The notes beneath the pieces were generated by a model. The model ran no database searches. It was given only the letters and a program-made list of their open reading frames with translations, and was not told where the DNA came from. Shown here one piece after another: positions 63,051-64,000 of a stretch of DNA of 64,000 bases. The position numbers and the translations under genes are program-made. Each line of letters starts with the position of its first letter. Within the stretch, counting starts at the first letter, position 1. The DNA lies in assembly GCF_036365525.1 (NCBI RefSeq), contig NC_090402.1, positions 45,361,215 to 45,425,214 on the forward strand, given 5' to 3'. Source of the stretch: Heterodontus francisci. Taxonomy: Eukaryota.

Positions 63051-63935
63051 TGTTACGACCAGGTGAGAAAGAGGTCTAGGGTTCCCTCTCAGCCTTCACC
63101 TGATCTTGCTGTAACAGGGTTTAATTTTAAACACACCATGTTTTTAGCTCCTCCTTGGTAAATCCTTGTTCACCACTTTCCAATTATAAGGCAAAGAAAC
63201 CAACAAAAACAGGCTTTCTTAGATTTAAAGAAGAAAAGTTTAAATTTTATTCAACGTAAACTTATTCGGTTAATTCAGTTAGCGCCAAGGATACATGACA
63301 CGCCCATGGTAGCATGCATACGCGATACATGCATGCAAATAGAGACAGAAAAAAGCAGAAGAAAAATAAAGTGGAAAAGTTTGAGGCAATGTCTGAAGAG
63401 TTGTTGTTACGAGTCTTTGAGCTCACTGTAGAGTCCTTGATTGTAGGCAGATCTTGCTTTTCGTTGGAGCCCAGTATTCTTCTTAAACCTTGTTCGCTGT
63501 AGGAGACTTTTCTCTCTTGGGGTTCATGTGTCTTCAGTGGATTCAGAGGCTTGTAAGACAGAGATGTGAGCAGACAGGAGAGATCTTCTCAGTCCAGGAG
63601 CAAACAGACCTTCTGCCCAAATGTTTGCACAAATTCAAAAAGCTCAGGTAGCCCAGCAGATTAGTCATGTGAATAGCTGGTTTGACCATGTCCATTTGTG
63701 TATTTGGCCATCATAGCAGTCAACCTGGAATGTGAGCTTTGATCTGGTGATCAAAAGTCCATTGTGAGTTGAATGTCAGGGAATGGCTGCTTTGTCCTTC
63801 CAAAACAGCATCTGTTAATATGCAAATGTCTTTTCCAGCCACGGCTGGTCCTCTCACTCCAGTAACAATTTAAAATCAATGTTCATGACAAAATTAGTGT
63901 GCCTCATTCTTGGCAGGTGGTGGCGTAGCACGACA
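63051..63935 (-). mobile_element. Solo LTR inside an antisense CR1 tail
   Basis: Reverse complement of 51248-52164; 4-bp TSD acag (63047-63050 / 63936-63939). Confidence 0.9.
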
Positions 63936-64000
63936 ACAGCTCCAGTTGTCCCAGCATCCACAGCAATTTGGGGGAAGAGAGTGCTAAATTTCTACTATCC

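Overview
Repeat-saturated, gene-free eukaryotic DNA, most likely from a shark or other chondrichthyan (HE1-type V-SINEs, DeuSINEs, CR1/L2/RTE/Tx1 LINEs, Penelope fragments, PIF/Harbinger elements and Gypsy-type LTRs). Two viral fossils stand out. (1) The 'unique' DNA between the transposons on the minus strand decodes, in order, to decayed homologues of a pneumovirus-like matrix protein (about 34.0-33.3 kb), a pneumovirus-like fusion protein (28.0-22.7 kb, in three pieces) and a paramyxovirus HN-like attachment protein (22.1 and 13.6-12.8 kb). Weaker N- and P-like candidates lie upstream, which suggests a multi-gene Mononegavirales endogenous viral element later shattered by insertions. (2) An endogenous foamy-like provirus (14123-22056: LTRs, Lys-type PBS, PPT, gag-pol-env with two large internal deletions) sits inside the HN-like gene. 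Also present: a near-intact full-length RTE LINE with TSDs, a tRNA-headed LINE with its own internal-deletion SINE, a complete Harbinger with nested insertions, and a further coding-like island at 45-46.8 kb that weakly resembles filovirus VP35/VP40. All protein similarities were made by eye against reference sequences recalled from memory and need confirmation by profile or structure searches.
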